NCBI GenBank assembly: GCA_944392775.1
Contig: CALXXV010000011.1
Location: forward strand, 8,315 to 72,314
Reading direction: 5' to 3'
From: an uncultured Alphaproteobacteria bacterium
Lineage (GTDB): Bacteria > Pseudomonadota > Alphaproteobacteria > Rs-D84
DNA length: 64,000 nucleotides
The first letter of the stretch is position 1. Every line of letters begins with the position of its first letter. Below the pieces are notes generated by a model. The model worked only from the letters and a program-made list of their open reading frames with translations. It was not told the DNA's origin and searched no databases. Shown in pieces: positions 1 to 9,254 of the stretch. A program made the translations under genes and the position numbers.

Positions 1-1
1 T

Positions 2-775
2 TTTAAAACATCTGCGATGTTTGATAGTGTGTATTTAAATTCTCAGAAGGGCATGGTACCTTTGTCTGAATTGGGAAATATAGAAGTTGTACGTGCAACA
101 CCAGATATACGGCGTTTAAATAAAGAAAGAATAACAGAAATCGATATAAATATTGGAAAGTCCACAATGGGACCCGTTCAAAAGAAAATAGAAGCGGCAA
201 TAGCGAAAGTTAACTGGGAATTTGGTTACGGTGCTGAATTTGGAGGTATGTCAGAAATACAAGACGAAACAACCGGTGAAATTGGACGTGCATTTTTCTT
301 GGCTATTATTCTGACATATATGTTATTGGCAGCTATAATGAATTCTTTGGCACATCCATTTACAATTGCAACTTCTATTTTGACAAGTTTTGCGGGTGTA
401 TTTGCTTTGCTGTTCTTGTCTGGTGCGTCTATGAATGTTGGTGCAATGTTAGCGTTCGTTATGCTGGTAGGTCTTGTGGTAAATAATAATATTTTGCTTT
501 TGGAACCGACTATCAATCGTGTAAATAAAGGTGAAAATGTAAAAGATGCGTTGTGGGCAGAATTAAAAGATAAAAAGTCCATGATATTAATGACTTCTAT
601 TGCTGTTATGACAGGTATGGTACCGCAATTATGGAGTGCCGATGGTATGAAGGTCGCAATGGCAGCGGTTATGATAGGTGGTATGTTTGCAAGTTTGGTG
701 TGGACATTTGCCTTAACGCCGGCATTGTTCTTCCTTGTAGAAAGAGGGCGCACATTCTTTAAACGCAAGAAATAA
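2..775 (+). CDS. RND-family (AcrB-like) efflux permease, C-terminal fragment; ORF open to the 5' window edge
   Basis: The frame is open from nt 2. Hydrophobic segments (FLAIILTYMLLAAIMNSLAHPFTI, MLVGLVVNNNILLLE) are typical of the last TM bundle of RND permeases. A hairpin terminator follows. Confidence 0.75.
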   Translation, partial: FKTSAMFDSVYLNSQKGMVPLSELGNIEVVRATPDIRRLNKERITEIDINIGKSTMGPVQKKIEAAIAKVNWEFGYGAEFGGMSEIQDETTGEIGRAFFLAIILTYMLLAAIMNSLAHPFTIATSILTSFAGVFALLFLSGASMNVGAMLAFVMLVGLVVNNNILLLEPTINRVNKGENVKDALWAELKDKKSMILMTSIAVMTGMVPQLWSADGMKVAMAAVMIGGMFASLVWTFALTPALFFLVERGRTFFKRKK

Positions 776-800
776 AAACGGGGCTTAGCCCCGTTTTTTA
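776..800 (+). terminator. Rho-independent terminator
   Basis: Hairpin ACGGGGC-TTA-GCCCCGT followed by a T-run, immediately after the stop codon at 773-775. Confidence 0.7.
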
Positions 801-873
801 TAAACGTATATAAAATTTGCAGTCTTTGGAAAAGCTTGTTATAATTCGCGCAAGTTATAAAAGGATTTTTTAT

Positions 874-1476
874 ATGCTAAAAAAAGAAGATGTTGTTGTT
901 TTTGATTTCGATGGTACTTTATCTGCAAAAGATTCAAATTTTGAGTTCGGTAAGTATTGTTTCCGTCACTCGATAAGACCATGGTTATTTTTACCTATTA
1001 TAGGTTTTACTTCATTAGTTCGTTTGATTAATCCTGGTGGAATCTGGTGGCGAAAAAACATGCGCTTATTTATGACTGATGATATGGTAAAAAAATTTGC
1101 AAAAGCTTTTATAAAGCAACATAAACGTGAGCGCTTTGGTTGGGCAAAGGAACAAGTAGAAGCAGAACGTAAGGCGGGGCGTAAAGTGATTCTTGTTTCG
1201 GCCAGTCCTGATTATCTTGTGCCCGAGTTAGTAAAGGATATAAAATTTGATGCTGTACTATGTTCAAAAATGGTGCCTAATAAACCTTGGAAATATGAAT
1301 TTTTATGCTGGGGATCGAACAAGGTTTATGCAATGGACGAATGGGCAAAAGAAAACAAAATAATCCCACATGTTGTCAGGTCTTATTCTGATAGTAAATC
1401 TGATATGCCAATGATGGAAATTGCAGATGAAGAGGTTTGGGTTGACCGTGAAACAGGTTTAAGAAAACAAGCCTAA
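874..1476 (+). CDS. HAD-IB family hydrolase (phosphoserine-phosphatase-like)
   Basis: N-terminal DxDGT motif (VVVFDFDGTLS), VSASP motif II and an SDSKSD-type motif IV. The ATG at 874 is preferred over the upstream alternative start of the ORF track. Confidence 0.7.
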   Translation: MLKKEDVVVFDFDGTLSAKDSNFEFGKYCFRHSIRPWLFLPIIGFTSLVRLINPGGIWWRKNMRLFMTDDMVKKFAKAFIKQHKRERFGWAKEQVEAERKAGRKVILVSASPDYLVPELVKDIKFDAVLCSKMVPNKPWKYEFLCWGSNKVYAMDEWAKENKIIPHVVRSYSDSKSDMPMMEIADEEVWVDRETGLRKQA

Positions 1477-1509
1477 TGAAATCTTGCTATACCTTGATAT
1501 AATCAATGT

Positions 1510-1767
1510 ATGGTAATAACAGATGTTTTATATGATTTAACAGTTGGTATAACATGCGCAGTTTCTGGTGCGCTTATAATGTTATTGTTTAATCATAAGA
1601 AAACAAAAAGACTTTCAAATGAAATTGTTCTGCATCGTAAAGATATAGAGAATTTGCGCTTAGAAAATGATAAATTAATAGAAACAATACAGGAAAAAGA
1701 AAATAAAATACTAGCCTTAGAAGAAAAAGTATTGGCAAAGAAAACAAATAAAAAAACGAAGAAATAA
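1510..1767 (+). CDS. Small membrane-anchored coiled-coil protein, function unknown
   Basis: One N-terminal TM segment, then a heptad-like Lys/Glu-rich helix. A terminator hairpin follows. Confidence 0.4.
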   Translation: MVITDVLYDLTVGITCAVSGALIMLLFNHKKTKRLSNEIVLHRKDIENLRLENDKLIETIQEKENKILALEEKVLAKKTNKKTKK

Positions 1768-1782
1768 ATCTTCGTTTTTTTT
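1755..1782 (+). terminator. Rho-independent terminator overlapping the end of the 85-aa ORF
   Basis: AACGAAGA-AATAAA-TCTTCGTT hairpin followed by T8. Confidence 0.55.
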
Positions 1783-2659
1783 ATTCTTCACCGAAATCCA
1801 AATCTCTTAATTTTTCTGCGCGTGGCGTAATTTTATTGACGGAAGTTTGTAGCTGCTCAATATCTGTGGTTGCTTGCGCAAAATGCTGTTGAACTTTTCC
1901 AGCGCGTTCTGATAAGCGGGCTAAGTCTGTCAAAAGATAGTCCAATTCTTTTTTTATTTTATTTGCCACGCGTTTTATTTTTATATCAGATAATACTGCA
2001 CGAATTGTATTTAGAGTAGCCCACAAAGTTGACGGGGATACAATGAAGACTTTTTTTCGTGCGGCATATTCTATTGCACCTGGAAATTCGCGATGTAATG
2101 CTTCAAAAATTGACTCAGACGCAATAAACATCATTGCTGATTCTGCAGTACGTCCAGGAATTATATATTTATCTGCGATTGCATCTATATGTTTGCGAAC
2201 GTCTAATTCGAATTGCTTTTTTGCCATGCCGTCATTTTTATCTTCGCATAGGCGATTATAACTTTCCAAGGGAAATTTACTATCTATAATCATATCACCT
2301 GGTGGGTACGGAAGGCGAATTATACAATCAGGTCTGACCCCCGTTTCTAAAACGCATTGAAAGTCATAACTTTCAGGCGGCATAATGTCAGCTACAATAT
2401 CTTCCAATTGCTTTTCGCCGAAAGTCCCGCGCGCTTGCTTATTACCCATAAGAATATTTTTAAAATTAGCGATATCACTACTGATGTTTTTTAATTCAAT
2501 AGCATTTTGGCTAAGTGCCCCAAGTCTTTCTGCCAGACGTTCTCGAAGTCTTGCGTTGTCTTCCCTTAATGCAGAAATATCAACGTTTGGACGTCGTAAT
2601 AATAGAATTACAAGCAATATAATTATTGTAAATAGTAATATAAAAATATAAGTTGTCAT
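1781..2659 (-). CDS. rmuC: DNA recombination protein RmuC
   Basis: N-terminal TM plus coiled coil, then RmuC core motifs (ARGTFGEKQLEDIV, RPDCIIRLP, IIDSKFPLESY). The ATG at 2657-2659 is preceded by AGGAATCCC. Confidence 0.85.
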   Translation of the reverse strand: MTTYIFILLFTIIILLVILLLRRPNVDISALREDNARLRERLAERLGALSQNAIELKNISSDIANFKNILMGNKQARGTFGEKQLEDIVADIMPPESYDFQCVLETGVRPDCIIRLPYPPGDMIIDSKFPLESYNRLCEDKNDGMAKKQFELDVRKHIDAIADKYIIPGRTAESAMMFIASESIFEALHREFPGAIEYAARKKVFIVSPSTLWATLNTIRAVLSDIKIKRVANKIKKELDYLLTDLARLSERAGKVQQHFAQATTDIEQLQTSVNKITPRAEKLRDLDFGEE

Positions 2660-2701
2660 TTGGGATTCCTTTGATAAAATCAATTATAAAAGGATTTATG
2701 A

Positions 2702-3202
2702 ATGTTGCAAATGAAACTTTGTGGGGATCTGGTTTTGCGTGAAAAATGCGAACTTGTGACAGAAATAACCCCCGATGTTTTAGATATTATGGATGAAATG
2801 GTAGGAATGATGCACGAACAGAATGGTGTGGGATTGGCTGCTCCTCAGGTTGGTGTGTTAAAGCGCTTTTTGGTCATGATGGAACCGGACAGTGGTAAAG
2901 TATTTAAGATGATTAACCCAAAGATTTTGACGCGCAGCGAAAATACGTGTGTATTAGAAGAGGGGTGTTTGTCTGTATTAGGACACGATAATTTACCTGT
3001 TTATGCAAACGTCTTGCGACCAGAATCTGTTGAGGTAGAATGGAATAATGAAAATGGCGAATTAATACGTGCCCAGATGTCTGGCTTACCCGCTAGAATA
3101 GTACAGCATGAAACAGACCATTTAGACGGGGTTTTGTTTATAGATTATTTATCTCCCGTAAAGCGAGAGATGTTAATGCGAAAGGTGCGCAAACGCAAAT
3201 GA
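2702..3202 (+). CDS. def: Peptide deformylase
   Basis: All three Def motifs are present: GVGLAAPQVG, EGCLS and HETDHLDG. Confidence 0.95.
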   Translation: MLQMKLCGDLVLREKCELVTEITPDVLDIMDEMVGMMHEQNGVGLAAPQVGVLKRFLVMMEPDSGKVFKMINPKILTRSENTCVLEEGCLSVLGHDNLPVYANVLRPESVEVEWNNENGELIRAQMSGLPARIVQHETDHLDGVLFIDYLSPVKREMLMRKVRKRK

Positions 3203-4005
3203 AGTTAGTATTAATGGGAACCAACGACTTTGTCGTTCCAATTTTTGATGCGATTTTAAATGCAAGGCATGAAGTTCTGGCGGTGTTTACACGTGCGCCG
3301 AAACCTGTCGGTCGTAAACAAATTTTAACTCCTTCTCCTGTACATGTTTGGGCAGAGTCAAAAGGGCTTCCTGTTTATACAAGTATTCGGGATTATAATT
3401 TTTTACCAGATATGGTTGTGGTTATATCTTATGGTGTAATACTTCGTGATAATGTATTGAATTCTGCTCCTTGTATAAATATTCACCCAAGTGATCTACC
3501 GCGTTATCGTGGCCCGTCACCGATAAGAACTGCAATATATAATGGCGATACAAAAAGTGCAGTATGCCTTATGCAGATGACTGCAGAATTAGATGCGGGT
3601 GACATTTATATGCGTCAAGAATTTGATATCGGTCAAAATGATACCAATGAAACAATAGAGAAGAAAGTATCAGAAATAGGTTCGCGTTTAGTAGTTGATT
3701 ATTTGTCAGCACCTGAAAAATACAAACCTGTTCCACAGACTGGTAAAATCACATATACAAGAAAGTTCACTGGTGCGGATGAGATTATAGATTGGACAAG
3801 AACTCCAGAACAGATACATAATCAAATTCGTGCGCTGGGGGCAGGCAGAACGAAAATAAATGGAACAGAAGTAAAGATTTTAGAAACGCGTGTAAAAGAC
3901 GGAAACTTAGAAATTATAAAAATTCAGCCTAGTGGTAAGAAGCCTATGGATTGGAAAAGTTTTGTAAACGGTTTGCACGGTGCAAAAATAGAATTAGGAA
4001 AATAA
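3199..4005 (+). CDS. fmt: Methionyl-tRNA formyltransferase (compact, 268 aa)
   Basis: ATGA overlap with def. Formyltransferase motif INIHPSDLPRYRGPSPI. C-terminal KIQPSGKKPMDW segment. Confidence 0.9.
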   Translation: MKLVLMGTNDFVVPIFDAILNARHEVLAVFTRAPKPVGRKQILTPSPVHVWAESKGLPVYTSIRDYNFLPDMVVVISYGVILRDNVLNSAPCINIHPSDLPRYRGPSPIRTAIYNGDTKSAVCLMQMTAELDAGDIYMRQEFDIGQNDTNETIEKKVSEIGSRLVVDYLSAPEKYKPVPQTGKITYTRKFTGADEIIDWTRTPEQIHNQIRALGAGRTKINGTEVKILETRVKDGNLEIIKIQPSGKKPMDWKSFVNGLHGAKIELGK

Positions 4006-4024
4006 TTATATAAAAGGAAAAAAC

Positions 4025-4231
4025 ATGAAAAAAAATGATGATAAAAATAAAGACAATTTAAAAAAATTACCTAATTGGTGTGAAAACTGTAAATATTTCG
4101 GACACTATTTTGGATTGAATGTTTGTTATCATGGCAGCAGATTAAAAGTGGTTTTATTTGGACCGAAAGTGGTTGCTTATAACGAATCTTGCATGAATTT
4201 TGTGTTAAAAGACACCCAAAAAACAAGATAA
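4025..4231 (+). CDS. Small Cys/His-containing protein (68 aa), unknown function
   Basis: AAGGAAA Shine-Dalgarno 6 nt upstream. CxxC-x11-CxH arrangement (WCENCKYFGHYFGLNVCYH). Lies inside the def-fmt-truA operon. Confidence 0.45.
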   Translation: MKKNDDKNKDNLKKLPNWCENCKYFGHYFGLNVCYHGSRLKVVLFGPKVVAYNESCMNFVLKDTQKTR

Positions 4232-4248
4232 TTATAAGGGGTGTTTTT

Positions 4249-4461
4249 ATGGGATGTTATCTTGGAAAAAAAGAAAAAAACATGTGCGGTTTTTTCGGGG
4301 TTTATGTTTATAACTCGCAATATAATAATTATGGAGAATGTAATTGTTTGGGTTGCGCTGCTTTAAAATGTAACGAATGTGAAAAAATTATAGGTCAGCT
4401 AGATAAACTAGATTTAGAAAAATTGAAATGTGAAAAATGTATGAATTGTAAGACTAGATAA
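4249..4461 (+). CDS. Small Cys-rich protein (70 aa, 10 Cys), unknown function
   Basis: AAGGGGTG Shine-Dalgarno sequence. Clustered CxC/CxxC motifs (ECNCLGCAALKCNEC, CEKCMNC). The stop codon overlaps the truA ATG (TAATG). Confidence 0.45.
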   Translation: MGCYLGKKEKNMCGFFGVYVYNSQYNNYGECNCLGCAALKCNECEKIIGQLDKLDLEKLKCEKCMNCKTR

Positions 4462-5204
4462 TGAGCAGATATAAAATAACTCTTGAATACGATGGAACTA
4501 ATTTGATTGGTTGGCAGGAAAATCGCCAAGGGGATTCTGTTCAGTCTTTACTAAAAGACGCTATAGAAAAGTTTTGTGGTGCGCGTCCAGATGTTGTTGC
4601 CGCGGGCAGAACAGATGCTGGGGTACATGCGTTTGCAATGGTTGCGCATTTTGATTTAGATTCTGATGTGGCTCCTGAAACAGTTATGCGTGCAATTAAC
4701 TTTTATTTAACAGATAAGCCAGTAAGTGTGCTTAAATGTGAAATGGCGTCGGACGATTTTAATGCGCGTTTTTCATGTGTTCGTCGTAATTATAAATACT
4801 ATGTTTTAAACCGTTCTGCGCCTGCAGTGCTGGATAAAAATCGTGTGTGGTGGGTGCCAAGAAGATTAAATATGCGCGTTATGCGTGATGCTGCTGAAAA
4901 GTTAATTGGTAATCATGATTTTACAAGTTTTCGTGCAACAGAATGTCAGGCTAAAAGTCCGATAAAGACTTTGGATTTATGCAAAATAAAGAAGCACAGG
5001 GATATAATAGAATTTGAATTTTCTGCGCGATCTTTTTTACATCATCAGGTTAGAAATATGGTAGGAACTTTGGTAGAAATCGGACTTGGAAAACCATACG
5101 ACATAGATGAAATTTTTGCTGCAAAAAATCGTAGTGCAGCAGGACCTACTGCGCCTGCCGCAGGATTGTTTTTTGTTAGTGCAGATTATGCCACGGACGA
5201 TTAG
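4461..5204 (+). CDS. truA: tRNA pseudouridine(38-40) synthase
   Basis: Catalytic motif AAGRTDAGVHA and overall TruA layout. Confidence 0.95.
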   Translation: MSRYKITLEYDGTNLIGWQENRQGDSVQSLLKDAIEKFCGARPDVVAAGRTDAGVHAFAMVAHFDLDSDVAPETVMRAINFYLTDKPVSVLKCEMASDDFNARFSCVRRNYKYYVLNRSAPAVLDKNRVWWVPRRLNMRVMRDAAEKLIGNHDFTSFRATECQAKSPIKTLDLCKIKKHRDIIEFEFSARSFLHHQVRNMVGTLVEIGLGKPYDIDEIFAAKNRSAAGPTAPAAGLFFVSADYATDD

Positions 5205-7113
5205 TCGTTGTATAACTGACTTTCCCAGATTTATAAATAACAAAACCGTCGCGTAAAATTTTATGGTTGCACTTTGGTGCATCAATATAAAAGTAAGAAA
5301 CTATATAGTCTATCGTATCATCGTTACATAGTTTTGCGATATGCTTTTGTAGTGGTACAAATTTTTGCATGTAAGCAAGATTGAAATTTTCTGTTTTATA
5401 TAAATATAAGCCTTTGTCGTGCTTGCGACGTTTGTTAGGTGTACCTGTTGCTTCGCCATTTAACCGTTTCCATGTATCAAAAGTAAAATAATGATTAGAA
5501 GCGCGTGATTTATTAAATTCTAATTTTCCATTATTTACAAAAGCAACTAACTCGTGGTCTTTCGTTGCATAGAATATAGGTTTTGGTGTAAGTGCGACAA
5601 CAGAAATTCCTGCAAACGTCAGAATAGAAAATAATATATAATTAATTTTAATTTTTATAGGTCTAATGAACATCATGCACATAAAACCGATTATGAAAAA
5701 CATAAGTGCAAGATTTGAAATATGCGGTAGTGTCAGCGTTGCATATGGAAGTTCCGCAATTTTTATGCCAATGTCCAAAGTAAAATTATAAATGGATTCT
5801 GCAAGGTTTAAAGGCAGATTCCAACCAAAACCTGATGTTAAAGTACCAAGAATAACAAGTGGCATAATAGCGACAGAAAATATAGGGAGCAGGATTAAAT
5901 TACCAAGCAGACCATAAATAGGAAGACTGTAAAAGTGAGCAATTACAAAAGGGGCAGTAAATACAGTTACAACTATGGAGGTTAGGGTTGCAGTATAAAT
6001 AACTTTTAAAATTTTATTATTCGGCATTTTAGGTTTTACATCGTTCCATAACCAAACAAGACCGAATATCGCTGCAAAAGATAATTGAAAACCTGGTTGC
6101 ATAACATAATGAGGATTTATTAAAAATATAGCGCAAAAAGCAACACAAATATTCCGCATGGAAATAGCATTTCTTCCAAATATAAACGCAGCAAATATAA
6201 GCGTTGTCATCAAGAACGCACGAACTGTTGCAACGTCTACGCCGGATAAGAAAAGGTAAAATAACAATCCGATCCAAGCAAAAATAAGTGCGGGTATTCT
6301 TGCAGGTATGCGTTTTGTAATAGGCGTTATGGCACGAAATAAACAATAGAAGATTGCAAATAACCAACCAGAAACTAAAGTTATATGAAATCCGCTAATA
6401 GACCACACATGACCAACACCTGTTGCAGTCCAGATTTTATTTTCTGTCTCTGGAACTGCGCTTTTATAACCAAGGACAAGTGTATCTGCTAAGAAAGATT
6501 TAGAAGTTTTATGTAAATGGTCACGTAATTTGCTGATGCTGCTTTCTTTTGATGAAGATAAGGTTTCGTAATTATTGATATAACCTGTTGCTGATAAATG
6601 ATTAAAGTAAGCCCAACGGGCATAATCGAAAGTACCTGGTGCGTCTGGACCAGACGGCCTAAATAAACCAACATTTGCTTTTATCGTGTCTCCTATATTC
6701 GGTAGGGTTAGTTCTGGTTTCGCAGAAACTCTGATAATAGCAGTTTTATTGTCACCTGCTTTTATTTCTGAAGCAGTTGTCTTTATATAAATTCTGGATT
6801 TATCATCGGTATAGTCTATCTTATCAACTGTACCTGTAACATTAATGTCGTGCAGACTTCTGGGTAATTGCGGCGTATCTATAACATGAGTAAATATTGA
6901 TGCATAACATAGACCAAATATAAATAAAGATATAGCGCGTAAAAATATTCTTTTAGTTATAAACAAAGTTGCAATAGAAATAATTAAGCAGGGTACGGTA
7001 AAATATAAATTTGGTTCTGCAGGCAGATTGAAATAAAGACCTGCACCGAAAGCGATTAAGAACGGTACCCAAAAGAATAAATTTCTAGAATGGTTTTGCC
7101 ATACATCTTGCAT
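5176..7113 (-). CDS. comEC: ComEC/Rec2-family DNA internalisation channel protein (no obvious metallo-beta-lactamase domain)
   Basis: Polytopic membrane protein with the competence-domain motif GVGHVWSISGFHITLVSGW. The start is uncertain: the ORF is open to 7194, but the ATG at 7113 avoids overlap with the upstream gene. Confidence 0.8.
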   Translation of the reverse strand: MQDVWQNHSRNLFFWVPFLIAFGAGLYFNLPAEPNLYFTVPCLIISIATLFITKRIFLRAISLFIFGLCYASIFTHVIDTPQLPRSLHDINVTGTVDKIDYTDDKSRIYIKTTASEIKAGDNKTAIIRVSAKPELTLPNIGDTIKANVGLFRPSGPDAPGTFDYARWAYFNHLSATGYINNYETLSSSKESSISKLRDHLHKTSKSFLADTLVLGYKSAVPETENKIWTATGVGHVWSISGFHITLVSGWLFAIFYCLFRAITPITKRIPARIPALIFAWIGLLFYLFLSGVDVATVRAFLMTTLIFAAFIFGRNAISMRNICVAFCAIFLINPHYVMQPGFQLSFAAIFGLVWLWNDVKPKMPNNKILKVIYTATLTSIVVTVFTAPFVIAHFYSLPIYGLLGNLILLPIFSVAIMPLVILGTLTSGFGWNLPLNLAESIYNFTLDIGIKIAELPYATLTLPHISNLALMFFIIGFMCMMFIRPIKIKINYILFSILTFAGISVVALTPKPIFYATKDHELVAFVNNGKLEFNKSRASNHYFTFDTWKRLNGEATGTPNKRRKHDKGLYLYKTENFNLAYMQKFVPLQKHIAKLCNDDTIDYIVSYFYIDAPKCNHKILRDGFVIYKSGKVSYTTTNRPWHNLH

Positions 7114-7141
7114 AAGAAAATTATAGGAAGATCTTAGTTCG

Positions 7142-7468
7142 TTAAGCAACGAATTTTTTCCCAAATATAAAGTCAGGTTTTTTACTAAGTTCAATGATAG
7201 TATTTATATCATCTTTTTCGGATGCATGTTGGCGTTTTTCTTTGCCGCATATTTCACATTTATGAGTAATTATAAAACCTTCGCCGCTTTTTTCTATAGA
7301 AATGGGGCGCATCATTCCACCGCAATTTGATGCCCGATCTCCTGGGCTATTATCAACGTGTCGTGACCATAAACATTTAGGACAGTGGTTTGTATATCCG
7401 TTCCCATGAACAACTGCGCCACAATGGGCGCAGTTAAAATTCTCAACTGTTTTTGTGAATTTTTTCAT
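7142..7468 (-). CDS. RNHCP-domain zinc-ribbon protein
   Basis: Motifs CAHCG...YTNHCPKCLWSRHVD...CGGMMRP...HKCEICG match the RNHCP domain pattern. The start overlaps the gapR stop (TAATG). Confidence 0.7.
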   Translation of the reverse strand: MKKFTKTVENFNCAHCGAVVHGNGYTNHCPKCLWSRHVDNSPGDRASNCGGMMRPISIEKSGEGFIITHKCEICGKEKRQHASEKDDINTIIELSKKPDFIFGKKFVA

Positions 7469-7716
7469 TATAGACCTAATGCTGTTCTATACATTTGTGT
7501 TAATTCATCAGCTTCATCTAATTCATCTGGATCCATCTTGCGTAGACGTATCATCTGACGAATGTATTTTGGATCAAAACCAGCAGATTTTGCCTCGCTA
7601 TAAATTTCTTTAATATCTGCTGCAATAGCGGCAGTTTCTTCGTTTAATTTTTCAATACGTTCAATTATGCTAAGCAATTGTTGATTGTCAATTGCGCCGT
7701 GATTTGCTTCTTTCAT
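7468..7716 (-). CDS. gapR: GapR-like nucleoid-associated protein (DUF2312)
   Basis: QLLSIIERIEKLNEETAAIAADIKEIYSEAKSAGFDPKYIRQMIRLRKMD aligns closely, from memory, with Caulobacter GapR. Confidence 0.85.
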   Translation of the reverse strand: MKEANHGAIDNQQLLSIIERIEKLNEETAAIAADIKEIYSEAKSAGFDPKYIRQMIRLRKMDPDELDEADELTQMYRTALGL

Positions 7717-7806
7717 GCAGATTTCCCCTTGTCTTTTACTGAACCTTATGATATACCATAAATCATAAAAATCAAGAAAAACAAAGTTAAAAATAAGTAG
7801 GTAAAA

Positions 7807-9177
7807 ATGAATAAGTTTACTAAAATTACAGCATCCATAGGTCCAAAATGTGAGGATAAAGAGACTTTAACAAAAATGATTCAAGCTGGCGTAAATATGT
7901 GTCGTTTGAATTTTAGTCATGATACAGGTGACGTTCAGGGAAGAAAAATTGATTTAATAAGGGAAATTTCTTCCGAATTAAATATTCCTGTTGCAGTTAT
8001 GATTGATTTGCAGGGGCCAAAACACCGCATAGGTAATTTTGAAACGGAAGATAAATATCCTCTTTCTGTTGGGCAAAAATTTATATTTGATTCTGATCCG
8101 ACACCGGGTAATTCAGAACGTGTTCAATTACCAGATGCAGATGTTATGGCATCTTTAAATGTAGGTGATAGAATTTTATTAAATGATGGAAAAATTGAAA
8201 TGAAGGTAGACGCTGTTTCTCCGAATAAAATAGAAGCAGTTGTTTTGCGTGGAACTGAAATTTGGTCCAGACGCGGTTTCAATCTTCCAGACACAGAGAT
8301 ATCTACATCTGTTTTAACAAAAAAGGACAGGGAAGATTTAGATTATGCTTTGACCAAAAATCCAGATTGGGTTGCAATTTCTTTTGTTCAAAAGCCAGAA
8401 GATATTGCGGAAGTACGTGATTTTATAATGGCCCGTACAGATCATCCTGTAAAAATAATTGCAAAGATAGAACGTCCAAATGCTGTAGAGCGAATTACTG
8501 AAATTGCAGCCGTGGCTGATGGTATAATGATCGCACGCGGTGATTTGGCTGTTGAAGTCCCTTTTGAAAAATTACCGGCTATTTCACGTCATATAATTCG
8601 TGAATGCCGTAAAATGAATAAACCGGTTATAATGGCAACTCAAATGTTAGGAACGATGGTAAATAGCGAATTTCCAACACGTGCAGAAATTACAGACGTT
8701 GCAAATACCGCTTATTTGCGCGCGGATTCCACGATGACATCAGAAGAAACTACGATGGGAATAAACCCTGTAAATGTTATCGAAACAATGACGAAAATTC
8801 TTTCGTATTCAGATGCAGATGCTATTGCAAATCCGTATGATTGGTCTAGAGTTGAAAATGTTCCGGAAAACGATTGGTCTCGAAGCGTTGCTTCAATGGC
8901 TTATTTAAACAAAGCCTCGGCAATAGTTGTTTTTGCAAGAGATACTGTAATTGCAACAGAAATTTCTTGTCGTAAACCTGATATACCTATCGTCGCAGTT
9001 TGTAGGGAAGGACTTGTTGCAAATCAGTTGTGTTTGGCTCGTGGTATATTCCCTATTTATGATGAAGACTTATTCGCTAAACGTGACGCATTTAACGCCG
9101 CTAGGAAATTTGGGGTAAATGACGGTAAACTGGTAATAGTAGATGAAGATAAAATTAGTTTACGAACTTTGGAATAA
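7807..9177 (+). CDS. pyk: Pyruvate kinase
   Basis: Motifs MCRLNFSHD, IAKIERPNAV and MIARGDLAVEVP, plus an ATQML segment. Confidence 0.95.
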   Translation: MNKFTKITASIGPKCEDKETLTKMIQAGVNMCRLNFSHDTGDVQGRKIDLIREISSELNIPVAVMIDLQGPKHRIGNFETEDKYPLSVGQKFIFDSDPTPGNSERVQLPDADVMASLNVGDRILLNDGKIEMKVDAVSPNKIEAVVLRGTEIWSRRGFNLPDTEISTSVLTKKDREDLDYALTKNPDWVAISFVQKPEDIAEVRDFIMARTDHPVKIIAKIERPNAVERITEIAAVADGIMIARGDLAVEVPFEKLPAISRHIIRECRKMNKPVIMATQMLGTMVNSEFPTRAEITDVANTAYLRADSTMTSEETTMGINPVNVIETMTKILSYSDADAIANPYDWSRVENVPENDWSRSVASMAYLNKASAIVVFARDTVIATEISCRKPDIPIVAVCREGLVANQLCLARGIFPIYDEDLFAKRDAFNAARKFGVNDGKLVIVDEDKISLRTLE

Positions 9178-9198
9178 AATAAAAATTATATGTGTTAT

Positions 9199-9237
9199 AG
9201 CGGCGGGAAAATTATTGACCGCCGTTATGTTTTTTTA
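9199..9237 (+). terminator. Rho-independent terminator after pyk
   Basis: GCGGCGG...CCGCCG hairpin followed by a T-run. Confidence 0.6.
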
Positions 9238-9254
9238 TTAAACTTAAAATTGAA

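Noticed and set aside
3199-4005. Short Fmt (268 aa) as a possible truncation or pseudogene
   Set aside because: Both the catalytic N-domain motif and a C-terminal domain segment are present in one uninterrupted frame. It looks like a compact but intact gene.
4249-4269. MGCYLGK N-terminus as a eukaryotic N-myristoylation/palmitoylation signal, implying a host-delivered effector
   Set aside because: The short pattern is highly degenerate and there is no evidence of secretion. It is retained only as a remark inside the Cys-rich ORF finding.
5176-5204. 29-nt convergent overlap of the truA and comEC 3' ends
   Set aside because: Such overlaps are common in compact genomes. It is noted under the gapR-comEC finding but is not considered a feature in itself.
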